A DNA stretch of 64,000 nt from Rhynchopus sp. YZ270_cl-10. Taxonomy: Eukaryota. Below the pieces are notes generated by a model that saw only the letters and a list, made by a program, of their open reading frames with translations, was not told the DNA's origin and searched no databases. Positions 12,901 to 26,162 of the stretch are shown here, in pieces; within the stretch, counting starts at the first letter, position 1; every line of letters starts with the position of its first letter. The position numbers and the translations under genes were made by a program. The stretch is taken from assembly GCA_964035575.1 (NCBI GenBank), contig OZ037837.1, positions 1,798,001-1,862,000 on the forward strand. Reading direction: 5' to 3'.

Positions 12901-13683
12901 AGAAGAAAGGAATTTTTTTTTTTTTGAAAACTTTTTTTTACCATTTTTAGGGAACGGAGCATGTTACGGTCCTGGAAGCTCCAAGAAAATGGAGTCGGTG
13001 GGCTTAATAGGAAGTTGCCTTCCTAAGCGTGCACACACAACTGGCAAAAGGGGAGGTGTCGTCACCTCACCTATCAATGAAATACCATTGCTTCCCAATG
13101 GTACACTCCAATATTGTTGCCCCTTTTTTTGATATTTTTTTTTTATGTGTATTTCCCCAAAACGAGATGGTTGTGGGGAGACGAATGTCTCGGTTTTGAA
13201 CGTCCTTTTTGTGTACTTTTTCTTTTTGAATTAGAAAGTGTACTTAATCCATCTGCTTTTTACCCCCGCGAATAGGCCACGTACAAGGGCGCGTTTTCGG
13301 TCCTGTACGTGGGGTAAAAATCAGGTGGTTAATCATGAAATTTGATTTTTTCTTTCTTATTTTTTTCGCACCCTCTTTGCCTTCTTTTCGTTTTAGAAAA
13401 GAAAGTATATGAAATAATTTCTTTCTCTTTTCAGCACCACCGTTCGCTTTGGGTATTGGATAGATATATGCGCTCACATTTTATGGCGCAACAAATGTTT
13501 ACCCACCGGTCCCTTCCTTTTCTGTGGGGGGCCGCAAACCAAACCATTTTTTTTTGCTTTGCAGAGGACTTAAGCAGGCTTAGAGAATCTCCTTTTATTT
13601 CTTTCTACAAAAAAAAAACAAATATTGTGCATGCCTCTGACCGGGTTTTTGCGCTCTTACGACTTTTACTTCATATTGTTTTT

Positions 13684-13781
13684 CACGGGGTTGCCTACGG
13701 TCGTAGTATATTTTACGATCGTAACGATCGTTTTTGGGTATGATCGTAAAATATTGCACCACGACGATATGGTAAGCCATG
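13684..13781. mobile_element. Degenerate palindromic MITE (CA(C/T)GG ends)
   Basis: Imperfect inverted arms CACGG...ATATTTTACGATC / GATCGTAAAATAT...GCCATG. Confidence 0.5.
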
Positions 13782-15081
13782 TTTTTTAAAAGAATTTTCA
13801 AATTTTTTTTGCATTCCATAGAAAGGGTAACACCAAAAAACAAAAAATCATATAGTGGAGCACACTCTAGGGTGTCTACACTAATACAACCAAGTTTTCA
13901 AAAAAAAAATAAAGTGCAGCCTAGTAGGCCCTACCCCCAAGATTCTTTTTTTTCTTTCTTCACAAAAAGCCTTCAGTGGGGGTTAAGGACAGCACTTTAT
14001 CTCCACCTTAGTATGTATAAAAGTAGTGCACACTCTCGGGTGGCTACACTATTACAACCAAGTTATTAAAAAAGAAAAAAATCAAGAGTTGGGCCAACAT
14101 TAAGTGACCCTAGGTTTTCCCAGTGCTTAGGTGATTGTCGACAACAACAGTCGTGAAGATGCAATGAGAAGATAGACACTAAAAAAAAAATTATTAGTGG
14201 AGCCCCTCCTCGGGGTGTCTACACTGATACAAAAAAAAAAAAAAACCAAAGTTTTTCGAAAAGAAATATTTTGGGGTAAGGCTTCGGCATTACGTATAGA
14301 CGATGGGATAGATGGTGTACAGTGATTGTCGATACAAAAAAAAACTAGCATAGATACGACACATTGAATTTCTTCGGAACAGAATGACCTAAGATCAGAG
14401 AGCTTTTTTTTTGTGAACTTTTTGGAAAGAGTGGAGAAATGGAACGCTTCCGCTTTTACCTGAAAAGAGAATTTGAGGAAAAAGTGCACTTCTCTCTATA
14501 CTTGGCGGTTCACGTACAAGCCTAGGCTGTCCTGTTGCAAAGATTTGATGATAGTTGTATTATCCTATCACCAAAACTCTTTCTAGATAGGTGTCGATGT
14601 ATCTTTGGTTTGTTGTTAATAAGAAGGCGCTCATCAGGCCCTTGGAATTAGTCGACACAATTTTTTTTTTAAATATTTTTTAGCTAAACTCTCAACGGAT
14701 ACGGGTAAGATGACTAACACAACAATGCAGACACGGCGCGCTGTTTCTTTTTGTGGTGTGGTCGAGTCATCCCAAAAAAGGATGACAAAATAAAATGCGT
14801 TTGTCTCGTTTTCCCTCTTTTTTTGTGCCATGTAAAGGCGGCTTTTGACCCGGCTTTGCTTTGCCAAAAAAAAAAACCCCCCCTTTTTTTCTCCCCTTTT
14901 TTCATATTGATGAAACTTATATTTTCTTTTTCTCCACCTCACAACGTATCAAGGCGTGCTTCTGCACCCTATAGACTTCTTGTACATTATTGTACACAGA
15001 AACCGTCTTTTTTTTTTATCATGAAGAATATTGACGACGAGGCAGATTCTTCACGATTATCATGTTTTTTTTTGACAAGAA

Positions 15082-15216
15082 TGGTGCTTTCGGAAGTCGG
15101 TCAACGACCTGTCAGCGACGTGTCACGACCTGTCGGTGACCTGTCAATATCAGGGGGAGTGTGTAAAAAGTCCCCGTGTCAGCGACCTGTCAATATCGAC
15201 CCCTCCCAGAGCACCA
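15082..15216. mobile_element. Small MITE with TGGTGCT/AGCACCA ends and CGACCTGTCA internal repeats (second copy about 35006-35077)
   Basis: Shared sequence GGTCAACGACCTGTCAG...TGTCAATATCGACCCCTCCC.GAGCACC in both copies. Confidence 0.6.
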
Positions 15217-15578
15217 AATATTTTTTTTTCTTGAAATAACAAACACAGCGAAAAGATCACGCTCATTTTTTTTTTTTTTTTTTTGTTTTTTTTTTTTTTT
15301 TTTTTTAAACTTTTTACCAAGCCCCTCCCCATCCTAGGTTGCACCTGAGTGAACCACTGTCCCCAACTATTTGATACACGACATATTTTTTTGCAAAAGA
15401 GGAACATACTTTTGTGCATTTCTCTATAATATTTTTTTTTAAGGGTGACTAATCATTCATCCTTTTAACTTTCTTTATTATCGAGACAACGATAGTGGTA
15501 AGATGTGCACGAGAAGCACGCTCATCTTTTTTTTTTTTTTTTGACATGATTTTTTTGGCCTGTTCTGACCAAAATAAC

Positions 15579-16241
15579 CAGGGATTACGCTCCACGTGTG
15601 GAACGTATGGAAATCCATACGTGAATTGTTTTTGAAAAGGTGGAATCCATACGTGTCCATACGTGTCCATACGTAGGTAATTTGGGTTTTGGATTGGGGC
15701 TGGGGTGGGGTAGGTGAGGAGTGGGGCTCCGCCCCCACCTCTCACCTACCCCCTACAGAATTCTATTTGTAGGAGACAATTTTCTATTTTACCGGAAAAG
15801 GAGCATGCAGCATGGCGAAAGAAAAAAGTAGCGTACCGTGCGCCTGCGGCGCTAGATTGCAATACACCCTTCCCATGACATAATAGGCAATTTTAAGCGC
15901 AATTTTTAGAAATGTTGCGTACCGTGGCTTCGCCAGAAACTTTCGTTTTAGCAAAATATGGAAGTAAAGTTTACGGAACTGGACCATAGTTACCAACGAA
16001 AGTGCCATTTTATGTCAAGATTTTTTAAAAATGTTGCGTACCGTGGCTTCGCCAGGAACATTTGGATACCATGACTGATGATTTCTCCAGTTCTTCGAAC
16101 TTTCACAACCCTTCTCAACCAACTTTGCCAGGGAGAGCGCGCGCGAAGCGCGCGCGGTTTTTAATTGTTTTTGCTTAGAATTGTACGTGTTGAAAATCCA
16201 TACGTACTTTTTTTATTTTTGGGGGAGCTGCGTAATCCCTG
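15579..16241. mobile_element. Non-autonomous hAT-like element, 663 bp
   Basis: TIR CAGGGATTACGC; 8-bp TSD AAAATAAC (15571-78, 16242-49); left part repeated at about 25701-25836. Confidence 0.88.
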
Positions 16242-18038
16242 AAAATAACATTTGGACAAATACCCAGTCTTTTCTTTCTTGGGGGGTTTTCCTTATCACG
16301 GGGTTCCTCAAGTTTAAAAGAAGAAAAGGGTGTGGGTAGTGCCATTTGTGCAAGGAAGCTTTTCATTTTTTGACAACTCGTGGGGGGGGAAGCGGATGAC
16401 TCCCTCCTCCATAACCCACTCTGCAAAAATCGGGAGGAAACAAAAGTGCATTTTTTTTTGGGAATAAAATAACCAAATTTCAGGAAAAACAGATTTTTTT
16501 TTTTTTGAAAAAATCCCAGTTTTAATGTCTTAGACTCTAGACACCCCTTCCTCCCCCTGATTCATTTTTTAAAGACCACCAAAACAAAAAATTTTAAAAA
16601 GAGCACAAAAACAACAACTTTCATTAACTTTCAAAATCTTCCCTGATTCATAACATTGATCTCAATAGTATCTCCCCGACCCAAAACCCCACCTTTTTTT
16701 TTTTTCATGCATTTTTCCTTTTTTGTTTGCGATAACTCTATCTTACTCTACTCTTAAGTCCATCTTTTAAAAAAAAATGTTCTTAAGTTCATCGTTCACA
16801 ACTCTTTTTGCCCTGTCCATTACATTCCTCCCCAAATAAAACAGAAAAGAAAAAAAAATGTGCTGTCAGACAGTCTGTAAGGATACTTGCCTTTGAAAAG
16901 GCGGCCAGTAGTACATAATCTTAATTTTTTTAGAAAATGGGGGAAATGAGTAGGAGGGGGGGATATTGTCGTGCATACTAACCCCCTTTTTTTTTTGGGT
17001 GATATTTTAGGACAGAGCCCATCTTGGTGGCGGTGATTTGTCTCTAGAATTATAAAAGAAGTAAAAACTTAGTGTTTAGTGGAGAGCACACTCTAGGCTA
17101 CACTAATACAAAATTTTCAAAAAAAACAAAAAAAAAAAAAAAAAATCTTTCTCTCAACCACACAACTCCCTCATCTCATACCAGCTTCCTTTTTTTTTAG
17201 TGTAAAGCCCACAGCAGGAATTATTTTTCTCTAGCAAAAGTTTCCGCTGTGAGGGTGGATTTACACCAAAATATTTAAAAAAAAAACGTTTTTGGGGGAG
17301 AGACTGAGTAAAATACGCGGGTAGGATTTTTGGTCGACCTCAAAAACACAAAAAAAAACAAAAAAAAATATTGAGTGCAAGAACCCAGATACCGCCCCTT
17401 GGCGGGGCGATTGTTAAATACAAAAACCAAAACAACCAAAACAACATCCTTTCTTCCATCAAGTGAAATACAATTGCCCTCCCTTTAGTCTCATTCGTAT
17501 TTTGCTTCACGTACTTCATTTAGAACCACACCAACCCCCCACCCACTTTTTTGTGCCTACAGCACGTGTTCGCTCCAGCAGGTGCTGGGGAAAAAAAAGA
17601 AAAGAAAAGAAAAACATAAAAAAAGGGAGGTATAAAAAAAAAAGTAAATGCAATACGGCCACGGGTAGCGCGTATTCTGTATTTTTTTTCTCCTTTATTT
17701 CTTCTTTAGTTGCTATTTTTTGGATAGGGTCTTCCCCCTTTTTTTGACATTTTTTTTTTTTTTTGATTTTTGTTTCCCCCTGTTCTCGTGTGGGTACGAT
17801 GACCCCACGGAAGAATCGGTGCTTCTGCCTGATTTTCAGAGGCGTTTTTCTTTTTTGCTCTGTCAAAAACTATACTAATTGTACACTACAGAATAAATCC
17901 CCCTTTTTTTGTATATTTTTTTTTTGTCAGTTTTTGATAGTGAACACTATTTGAGGGTTCAATTTCAATCTGATTTTTCTCTCTTTTTTCACACAGTGTT
18001 CGAGTGGAATTGTGGTAAATCGTCAAAAAAAAAAAAAA

Positions 18039-18202
18039 AAGTGTCATTTTTCATTTTGCCGTTCCCTCAGCCTTTCTTGTAGTTGTTTAATGTGCTGGGG
18101 ATTCCACACACACTGTCTCTCACCTGCAGGGTGATGGTGATGACGAGTGTGGTTGGGTGAGTGGATGACATGACACTTTTCGCTCACAAAGTAGTGAGCG
18201 TT
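18039..18202 (+). mobile_element. Diverged, oppositely oriented copy of the 155-bp Helentron-like element
   Basis: Reverse-complement similarity to 9762-9916, including AAAGTGTCA, TTCTTGTAGTTGTTT, GGTTGGGTGAGTG and CGCTCACAAAGTAGTGAGCG. Confidence 0.7.
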
Positions 18203-18821
18203 CTAAAGAACATTTTTTTTTGAAAAATTTTTAAAAAAAAATTAACCGGGCTTAAAACCAGCCCACCCCTCGAGTTTCTTCCCTACTCAGTTACTCTCAT
18301 AAGAAAATGGAGAGTGAGGGACTCTTTCGCTCAAAAAAATGGTGCAAAAAAAAGGCAAAAAAAAAACTCAAATCTCAACATTTTTCAAGAATGAATTGAA
18401 AAAAATAATATTGGTGTTCTGCACTAAACGGACCCCACACTGTGCGAGGAGGGTTTCGACAATTGTGCAGAGTGCAAGAAAGATTTTTTTAAAAAAGCCC
18501 AACACTCATCCAAGGAAGGAAATAGGGGAACCCTTGCTTCTTCTTGGACTTGATGTGTATACAAAATCTTAGACACATAACATAAGATCAGCAAAAATAA
18601 AAAAATAGCAAAAAAAAAAAAACAACTTCATAAAACCAATCGAATTCCCCCGCCCTTCTCCCCTCATACATCCTTTAAATTTTTTTTTTGATAAAAACGC
18701 TTTCACTTACTCTCACAAGGGGTGCGGCACCTAACAGCCGTACCTAACAGAGTGTTAGCATTTTTATTTAGTCATTATTTAGTTTTATAGTTCTTTAGTT
18801 CTGTATTTAAAAAAATGCAAA

Positions 18822-18855
<34 letters not shown>

Positions 18856-19271
18856 GGAGCAGTGATGCAAGGTGGGTATTTTGGGGATTTTCTGTGGGGA
18901 TTTTCTCGACGGCTCCCGGTTCATTGTTTTATTTATTTTAGTTTAGTGCTTCTTTAGAATTTTACATGGTGAGCAAAAAAAAAAAAACGAGAGTTTTTTT
19001 TCTTTCTTTCATATTTTCGTATTTTTCATATTTTCAAAGTTCTCTCTCTCTTTATTATTTACTACCTCCTCTCTCTTTGTCCCCTATCCACTATCCCTCC
19101 ACCAAAAAAAGGCTTTTTTTTTCCGCCACTCAGTGACTGTTTTGGTTCGTCCAATACTATAAAATAGGACGTAAAACAGCCCACAGTTTTTCTTTTTTCA
19201 TGTGCCAGTAGTGGCATTTCCAATTTGGACCTCATTTTTCTCATTTCAAACGTCTTTAAAAAAAAAAAAAA

Positions 19272-19360
19272 TGGAAGCGTATAACTAACAAACTCTCCCC
19301 CTATTTCGTTTCCCGTTTTTCCTGTGTGGGCGAAGATAGTTATTGACACCGTAGTATTTT
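19272..19360 (+). repeat. About 85-bp dispersed repeat F (also 37018-37098 and 53380-53460 inside the NAGLU intron)
   Basis: TGGAAGCGTA.AACTAA(C)A.ACTCTCCC..TTTCGTTTCCCGTTTTTCCTGTG..GAAGATA..TATTGACACC in three co-oriented copies. Confidence 0.85.
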
Positions 19361-19729
19361 TTGGGATTTGTTACCCAGAATTGCGATTCTTTCGAGAGTC
19401 AAAAACCACTTCGCCAAAATACACAAAAAAAAATTCTGTTGTGGGACAAAAAAATTATCCTTTTCATGTACACAAAAAAAATACTCGCCTCACGGGCAGG
19501 TATTCATTGATGTACAGAGCCTCGCCTACCCTCTTTAAAGAGATTGTTTTTTGTCCTATCAGCAAGAATTGTATTTAACAACATTGGCTTTGTGCGCAGA
19601 AGTGTTTTCGTGTCCACTGGATTATAACAAATTCTTTGACCGTCCTAACGTTCGAACTTTTCAGAATTTTTTTTTTCTGGAAGTTCGACCTTTTTTACGG
19701 TCGATTATTTTTTTTGTACGAATCCAGTA

Positions 19730-20381
19730 CAGGGTATTAGGGTGAAAATCCAAAATCCCGGAAAAAACTGGTTTTTCTGGTTTTCTCTCCTGGGTGGCGA
19801 AAACTAGTTTTTCCGGCGAAAACCTCCACCGTTGACGGACACAGTCACCTTTTTCGGGTTTTTCGGGGGTGGGGTCCGTGTCTTATCCAGGAATCCAGAT
19901 TGGGGAGGTCAGCTTGTTTTTTGCTCAAAATATTTTTCGGCGCTGCTGACCATTGGGAACATAGGGACAGTATTTTTTTTTGCGGAGCAAAAAAATAATA
20001 TAAAATGGCGCCGCAGGCGAAAAATTTTGAGGGTACGGTGTAAAAATGTAGCTTTTTACACCACAGAGCCACTCAACGAACCCTTTTTTGCGGAGCAAAA
20101 AATGAAAAATGGCGCCGCAGGCAAAAAAAAAAATCAAGGAACAGCCATTTCACAAAGGCACTCCCGTGGTTCAACCACGGTTCTACCAGGCGGGGAAAAA
20201 ATGCAGGGGAAAAAATCGAGTCTGCCCTAATCTGGGGACGACATTTACAGAAAGGCCTGGTGAAAAGTGTCGGTTTTTTTTTTCCCCTCCAGATTTCTCT
20301 GTTTTTTTTTTTTTTTTTGAAAACCAGTTTTTGGAAAAACTGGTTTTCAAAACCAGTTTTTTTAACCACCCTAATACCCTG
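19730..20381. mobile_element. Non-autonomous hAT-like element, 652 bp, inserted at the end of a small MITE (about 19617-19727)
   Basis: TIR CAGGGTATTAGGGTG; 8-bp TSD ATCCAGTA (19722-29, 20382-89). Confidence 0.88.
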
Positions 20382-21339
20382 ATCCAGTATACTATTATTC
20401 TGTTTTTAATACTGGCACGAGTCTACGTCGAGAGGCATATTTTTATGTTTTGCTTTTCTATCTAGTGTATGACGATACTAGCACGTCGACAACGGAGGAC
20501 AAAGTAAAACAAATAGGACCAAAAGAACGTCAATAAATGCCTTGTATTAAAAGGATTCAAATAAATCGGAAAGCGTGGTTCCAAAGAAATAGTACTAACT
20601 TTAAGTACTAAAAAATTGTGGAAATCCGAATTCAAAAATGTGCAATGACCTGTATGTCTGTATTTTCGTGTATTTTCGGGTAGGTTCGCCCATTTCCCAC
20701 AAAAGCTGCATGCTGCGGTATTGAAACTCTTTTATACAATACGACCACTGTCAAAGCACATTATTTAATACTATAAAAGGGAGGGGGAGAAAAAAAAAAC
20801 AAGTAATTGCTATCGGAAAAAAAACGGCGTGTGCTGTGGAACTCCACCCTGTAGAAGTAACCTACAACACACCCAGCACTCTGCTCTTCTGCAGGTATGA
20901 TAACGCTCTTCGTACGCTGCCAGACCCACTGGGACGCCTGCATCTGAAACGTTCAAGAAGGGGGGCTGTCCTCTTCATCCAGCACCATCTGATCGATAGC
21001 GTCGTTGGACGTAGTCTCGGCAGGCTCGGCGTGTTCCAGATCGTTTTTGTCCACAGGGTCCCACGCAGTGTCGTCGTCGTTGGAGCAGTGCGGAAGAAGC
21101 ACAGAATGCACAGACGACAACACGTCGATCACACCAGGCACATCAGCACCTCCAGCAAATCGCTAGGATGCTACGGTGGTTTCGAAAACCACGCGGGGTT
21201 TTCCACAGCACACCCCGTTTTTTCCTTAGCAATTAGTTGTTCTTGTTGTTATTGTAATTTTCAACCACCTTCCTTCAACCCTTGTAGGATCAGTTCTAAT
21301 TTTTTTTCGCGAAAACTTGAAATGACACATTTCAAGAGA

Positions 21340-21876
21340 ACAAATTAAAAAGGGTCCTTATTTGCATTTTTGGGCTCTGCCCGTGCAGTGGTGGGGTCAA
21401 TCTCGAAAATTGGACAATTTTTTGACCACTTAAATTTTGAGAAATATGAGCCCGGTTGCTAATACGTGGGGCCCATTTTCGGCTAAAATTTTCCTCAAAA
21501 TCTGGTTTTGTAAAATTGACCCTTTACTCCCCCCCCACATCGATTTCAATACTATACCTTACTTCACCTACGGTTACCCTTACAGGGGGGTGAAGGAAGG
21601 TATGTTGACAAATTAAAAAGGGTCCTTATTTGCATTTTTGGGCTCTGCCCGTGCAGTGGTGGGGTCAATCTCGAAAATTGGACAATTTTTTGACCACTTA
21701 AATTTTGAGAAATATGAGCCCGGTTGCTAATACGTGGGGCCCATTTTCGGCTAAAATTTTCCTCAAAATCTGGTTTTGTAAAATTGACCCTTTACTCCCC
21801 CCCCACATCGATTTCAATACTATACCTTACTTCACCTACGGTTACCCTTACAGGGGGGTGAAGGAAGGTATGTTGA
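21340..21876. repeat. Tandem duplication, 268-bp period, two copies
   Basis: CAAATTAAAAAGGGTCCTTA at 21341 and 21609, with identical downstream sequence through GGTATGTTGA. Confidence 0.9.
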
Positions 21877-23493
21877 AAACGATAACAAAAAACTGCACAA
21901 AAGAAGTGAAAAAAAAATCCCCCTTCACCCAGGCTACTGCAAACCAAGTTTTTCAAACTGACAGTAACAGAGGGGGGAAAGAAAAACTATGGAGCTCATC
22001 CTCGGATGTCTGCACTTCTACAACCAAGTTTTTCAAAAAAAAATAATCAAAAAACGTATTTTTTTTTGAAGGATAATGCTTTACGCACTTTTGTTAAAAG
22101 ATTGGGATCAAATAATGTATCCCCCCATATTTTTTTATCCTTTTTTCGTTTTCTATATTTTAGAGGTGACCAATGTGCAAATAATGCCTTCGTCCCTAAA
22201 CCATTTTTTTCTTTGCTCTTTAACGTTTCTTCTCTCTCTCTTTTTTGCTCTACCCCCCAACCCCCCCCACCCACTGCCTCCTGATCAACCGAAGATGGTT
22301 GAATTTTCTTTTACCCCTGAAATCTCTATTCACACTCACTCTGTGGATAAACACTGAACGCCAGTAGTGGCAGTCAGCCAAAACAACCAACCCAAAAAAA
22401 AAAAAAAACCCTTAGATTGAGCTCATAGGGAGCTCCGTTTTGTCATCTTCTCCAAGTTGTGTAACCATTTGTGGGATTTGTTGGGTCTTTTTTTTTTTGT
22501 GAAAAATTTTTTTTTGTGAATTTTTCCTGAGAAAAAAAGACCCCAAATCACCCCAATTTTTTTGTGCTTCTTTTTAGCGTGTACGTTCATGCTATTTGTC
22601 GTGTGTCTGTTAGAGGTGACTATGCATGTCGGTCATATCCCTCCTTATTTTCTTTCTTTTTTATTTCTTCGCAGATGGATGTGCACCGAGAAGCGCACCG
22701 CTCTTTATTGTATTTTTGGAAAGACTGCAAAGATTGTTTTTTTTTTTGTACTATTATCATTATCTTTTTTTTTTTACGGAATTAGAAGAATTTAGAGAGA
22801 AAAAAGAAAAATACTTCATTGGCTCCAAACCAATGAGTTCCTCCCCCCCTCCAGAAAGGGAAAGGGTTCTACACATTATTTTCAAAAAAAAAAAGAACTG
22901 ATTTCTCTCCTGGGGGCGTGGGGGACTGTCGAAAAAGCAAAAAAAAAAAAAATTATAAAATATTCCTGCAAAAAAAAAAATCTCGCCCCCTCAAAACCCC
23001 CCAAAAGAGAGAATACTTTTACTCACCTCCTGCATAATGATATCGTAATAATCTTTCTCCCAGAACTAACGTTACCAACCCCCATAAGAAAATAAAAAAA
23101 AATATTTTCAAAACCCCCAGAAGAAAAGCAATCAAGAAGAAGTACAAAGCAGCATTTTTTTTTTAAAAAACCCATTCTACCCATCCTCTAAACCCACTAA
23201 TTCCACTCCCCAAAAACAACAACAAAAAAAAAAAATTGGAAGAAAAGAAACGAAAAGAAAATAAAATAAAAAAAACATCCACTCCAGTTCCACGATGATA
23301 AGTAATGTAAATCAGATCCATTGCCCTTTCGTGGTTATTCCACAACCCAACACCCCTTATTTTTTTATTTATTTTTATCTCAGAAATACCCGACAAGCGT
23401 GGGACCAAATGTCATAATTATTAAATATTATATTTATTTCAAGCTGAACAGTGAGAGGCTGAAGGTCATCTAAAAAGAACTTTTCTTTGTTTA

Positions 23494-23601
23494 CCGTACT
23501 CGTACAAAAAATTATCGGCCGTAAAAAAGGTCGAACTTCCAAAATAAAAATCCTGAAAAGGTCGAACATCATTACGGTCGAGAATTTGTACAATACTACG
23601 G
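23494..23601. mobile_element. Tc1/pogo-type MITE (related copies about 32314-32407 and, inverted, about 19617-19727)
   Basis: CCGTA..GTACAAA / TTTGTAC..TACGG ends flanked by TA; conserved CGGCCGTAAAAAAGGTCGAACTTCC...CCTGAAAAGGTCGAACAT core. Confidence 0.75.
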
Positions 23602-25543
23602 TATTTTTTTTTGTCAGTGACTGCGTCTCAGAGACTTCTGCACTTATCAACTTCACTTTTGGGAAAGATGTAATGGACGTCAGCTGAGATACATTTTTCC
23701 AAACACTTTTATTTTGTTTCTTACGGATGACGTACTAAGTAACAGTACATAGTGCACCCTTTGCTGCTGATTGAGGCACTCTCACAGTATGTAGATGAAT
23801 TTCTTATTAATATTGTGCTTCCCGGGAGAGGAATTTGTGAAATGCATACCCCCGGGTAGTACCGAATTATGACTGGCTAAACACGCAGTACAACGAGTAT
23901 TTTCTCTCTGCACGGTAAGGTAAATAACCTGACTTATGGTTTTATTTGTGGTTTCACCGTTGTAAGCTAACGGTGCAAGCCATAAGTAAAAATCAAATAT
24001 CACGTCATTTTGCTTCGTGTGAAATATCCCAATACCCCCCGCCCTGAATACTTTCCTCAAACCCCGAAAAAAAAATAGTAAAAATTTTTAAAAAAGAAAA
24101 AAATATTGAACAACGGTCTTCCCTCGGGGCAACCAAACAAATAGAAATGTAAAAAAAAAACAAAACATAACAAAAATGTGCGACAGTCTGTCGGAGGAAT
24201 GTGGTCGATTTTTTTTTTTTCAGAAGGTGAACACCGTTTTGCCCGTGGTAGAGAGTTCTTTTCCTGCGTGTATAGGCGACGAAACTGTTGGTTATTTATA
24301 AGTGGGATACAAAAGAATGGAAGAGGCTCGACCTGTAACTTTATATTATTTGCCTTATTTCTTTGGACAAATGCACGGTGACACCTCATGTTACGGTTCA
24401 GGGGTTTCTCCTGTGTTTTTTTCTTCTAATTATGGTGCTTTCTCTTTTTTTGTCCTGGTTATTTTTGTAGGGCCTTCCACATTCTAATGTTTCACATTTG
24501 TGCAGATTCTGTTTATTGAGGGGGAAAAAAAAGATTGGTTTATGGAAATTACCCCCTTTTTTTTAAAAAAAAAGTTTTGGGACTGTCCCCGACTCCTCAC
24601 GCTGAAGCATATCATTGCGTTCATTCAGAAAAAAAATAATTACTGCCCCCATGTGCTCCCCATATTTCTGTTTTTTTTTTTGATTCCCTCCCTCTCCCTG
24701 ACCCCGGGGTGGTAAATAAATCTTGCGGGCCACAGAAATCTCTCCTTTCCTTGACTCACCTCAGCGGTCACGCAAAATAAAATAAATACAAAAAAAATTC
24801 CCCGTTTTTTTAAACCAGATTTCCCGTTTTTTTTTTTTTCATCTTAGTTCATCCCCATTTCCACTCCCCCAGCGTGTATTTATTTTTGCATGATTTGCGA
24901 AAATTTAAAAGGTAAATTTTATTTGATTTTTTGTTGAAGAAAAAAAAACTTGAAAGATGTGTCTTTTCCGATGTCATCTTTCAATTTTTTTTTTTAGAGG
25001 GTCAGCTGACAGCTGACAGCTGAAAAAAAAAAAACTGTATTTCCCCCAATGGTGAGGTGGCACGGGGGAGCGGGGCGTACGTTTTTTTTTGTGACGTCTT
25101 CCCCCCCCCCCCCTCGATAAAACGGTTTTGTGAATGAAAAATAAAAAGTAGACTGCATTTTTGCAGCCAAGCATCTTCGCGCATAAAATTACAAGCGAAA
25201 TTCTCGAGAAAGTGAGAGGCGTCAACGCAACATACGGGACGTCAATAGTTTGGACGAAAGTTGATTAATGGACAAATTCTACTATTGTATTTTTTTCCAT
25301 GTACACAGTGATTTTTTTTTTGTTTTGACAAAAGGTGACTAAGAACGAGAGGCTTAGGACCATCTCATAAAAAATTTCTTTCATTTTAACGGTCCTTGTG
25401 TGCTTTTCTCTACGAATGGAAAGATTATGAAATTGACTTTTTTTTTGTATGTGCAGATGTCGCGCTTTCATGCACATGATACACATTCATCTATCTTCTT
25501 CTCCTTCGCTTCTCTGCAAAATTTTACAGATGAGTTTTATGTA

Positions 25544-26162
25544 AAGGGACGGTGGACCTATTATCCACCCTAAAACAATTTCAGATTTTCGTTTTCAGAC
25601 CAAATTTTAAGTCGATTAAAAATTGTTATTATCCCGCTGCTATCCCGGTCACTCTTTCCCCCCCCCCTTTTTATCCTTAAACATGCACTATCCTGTGAAC
25701 CAGAGCTTACGCTCCACGTGAGGAACGTATGGAGATCCATACGTGAATTGTTTTTGAAAAGGTGGAATCCATACGTGTCCATACGGAGGTAATTTGGGTT
25801 TTGGATTGGGGCTGGGGTGGGGGGGTAGGTGAGGGGCGGACTCTGAGGTGATGGAGATAGATGCCCCAGCAGCAGAAGTACAAGTAGCCCAACCTGCCCA
25901 ACCAGCCCCACCATCATCCTCAACACCCTCTACCCCAGCTGCAACGCCAGGAAGGAAGATGGCCTTGCTGCAGCCTGTGCCGGCAAAACCGGCATGAAAG
26001 CGAGCACGCAAACTGGCCGAACGCCAGAATCCCACCCCAAATTTTTAATAAAATTTTTTTTACCATCCCAAAAGTTAAAAAGTTAAAATTTAACTCCAAA
26101 ACAGGGGGACCTATTATCCTAGGGATAATAGGTCTACCCGGATAATAGGTCCACCCCCCCTT
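25544..26162. mobile_element. Non-autonomous TIR element (TA-flanked AAGGG ends; a Kolobok TTAA reading is also possible) carrying a hAT fragment and a coding-like fragment
   Basis: TIR AAGGG..GGTGGACCTATTATCC; internal match to 15579-15720; Pro/Ala-rich coding-like stretch at about 25850-26000. Confidence 0.7.

Noticed and set aside
13854..14340. CRISPR-like or integron-like array of repeats with unique spacers
   Set aside because: Spacing is irregular, repeats are diverged and mixed, there is no cas or integrase gene and no attC RYYYAAC/GTTRRRY boxes, and the context is eukaryotic.
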